DNA of 64,000 nucleotides from Actinomycetota bacterium (GTDB lineage Bacteria; Actinomycetota; Nitriliruptoria; Nitriliruptorales; JAHWKO01): NCBI GenBank assembly GCA_019347675.1, contig JAHWKW010000011.1, positions 5,198 to 69,197 of the forward strand, read 5' to 3'. Shown piece by piece: positions 63,267 to 64,000 of this stretch (position 1 is its first letter; each line of letters starts with the position of its first letter). The notes under the pieces were generated by a model. It saw only the letters and a program-made list of their open reading frames with translations, ran no database searches and was not told where the DNA came from. The position numbers and the translations under genes were made by a program.

Positions 63267-64000
63267 TCAGGGGCATGCGACGCGAACGGCCGACTCAGCG
63301 AGTACCTCGTCGGTGTCACGGTCGGCCGCTGTGACACGGTAAGTCCCCGGGGGCTGCCTCCGCCCGACAAATAGCTCAACGCGGAAGCCCCCGCGCTCGT
63401 CTGCGGTGACACTGGGAGCACTCGCCGAAGAGTTTCTGCCGAAGAAGGTGACGGCCACCTGCTTGCCCGGGCTGAAGTTCGCCCCCGTCACGGTCAAGAC
63501 GAACGCGCCACCAAACTCGGCGCAGTCAGGAGCGGCGTTCAGGGTGGGTCGCGGACCCTTTGACACGGTGAGGCGGACGGTCCCACCCGGGCGCAGGATC
63601 GCGCCCGGCACGGGCTCCTGTTCGACGACGACCCCCTCTGGGACGGTCTCATTGAAGACCTCTGCCCCGACTTCGGCTTCCAACCCGAGGGAAGAGAGTT
63701 CGGCGATCGCCTCGTCAAGGCCCGACCCGACCACGTCCGGGACCTCGATGGGCTCCGGCCCTGTCGACACGACGAGGTCGACGTCGGCGCCCGGCTCGAC
63801 GTCGGAGCCGGCCGCAGGATCCTGCGCGACGACCCGACCTTCAGGCTGCTCAGCGGAGGGCTGCTCGGTGACCTCACCCAGGGCCAAGCCGGCAGACGAC
63901 AATCGCTCCTGCGCCGCCTCGACAGCCAGGCCGATGACTGCGGGGACCGCGACCGGTGAGCGGCCCGACGACACGACGAGGTCGACGGCGGTGCCCGGCT
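63267..64000 (-). CDS. Multi-PASTA protein with a C-terminal Ig-like domain (5'-truncated by the window edge)
   Basis: At least two full PASTA modules, plus the end of a third running off the window (63973-64000 repeats the PASTA-coding DNA). The C-terminal domain is FVLTVTGANFSPGKQVAVTFFG..GTYRVTAAD. The frame is open to position 64000, so the N-terminus (possibly a kinase or TM region) is not visible. Confidence 0.7.
   Translation of the reverse strand, partial: PGTAVDLVVSSGRSPVAVPAVIGLAVEAAQERLSSAGLALGEVTEQPSAEQPEGRVVAQDPAAGSDVEPGADVDLVVSTGPEPIEVPDVVGSGLDEAIAELSSLGLEAEVGAEVFNETVPEGVVVEQEPVPGAILRPGGTVRLTVSKGPRPTLNAAPDCAEFGGAFVLTVTGANFSPGKQVAVTFFGRNSSASAPSVTADERGGFRVELFVGRRQPPGTYRVTAADRDTDEVLAESAVRVACP

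Noticed and set aside
1-64000. tRNA, rRNA, transposase/integrase and prophage boundary signals
   Set aside because: A visual scan of all intergenic gaps over 60 nt found no cloverleaf-compatible sequence and no rRNA-like segment. No DDE or tyrosine-recombinase motifs appear in any ORF. tRNAscan, Infernal and ISfinder were not run.

Overview
This is a 64-kb, densely coding segment of roughly 70% GC that looks like an actinobacterial chromosome. I cannot assign a taxon from the sequence alone. I found no rRNA, tRNA, CRISPR array, transposase or integrase.

Layout, left to right:
- 1-15 kb, housekeeping and envelope genes: an amino-acid ABC transporter, an LVIVD-type secreted protein, an LCP protein, a HAD hydrolase, metH, metF, a PAS-GAF histidine kinase split by a frameshift, and a CBS protein.
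- 15-21.8 kb, a cell-envelope glycopolymer cluster: a GT2 glycosyltransferase, an LPXTG protein, a BY-tyrosine kinase and a protein with cell-wall-binding (CWB2) repeats.
- 21.9-26.7 kb, a glycine/betaine-reductase (grd) operon. Its grdA and grdB genes each carry an in-frame TGA selenocysteine codon, which the ORF track splits into separate ORFs.
- 27-32 kb: two-component and c-di-GMP signalling genes, then a metzincin fused to CWB2 repeats.
- 32-34.3 kb: a SipW-type signal peptidase with a small partner protein.
- 35-50 kb: cation-transport genes, a REC-GGDEF protein, a pyrE-like gene, fused sat/cysC, an SLC13 permease, a MerR/HspR-like regulator, DoxX, a pair of coiled-coil proteins and an LLM oxidoreductase.
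- 51.3-61.0 kb: a compact operon of ten translationally coupled genes for a phage-tail-like contractile injection system (CIS).

The CIS operon is the most interesting system. It is flanked by two paralogous single-pass membrane proteins. The upstream copy is intact and carries PASTA and LamG ectodomains. The downstream copy is inactivated by three frameshifts. An HExxH membrane protein in a patch of lower GC also sits just upstream.

Other observations:
- A perfect 3 x 40-bp tandem repeat sits at the stop codon of the CBS gene.
- Several other frameshifted genes occur in the window.
- Several coding regions contain internal tandem repeats.

All functional calls rest on motifs I recognised by eye and on remembered family knowledge. 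No searches were run.
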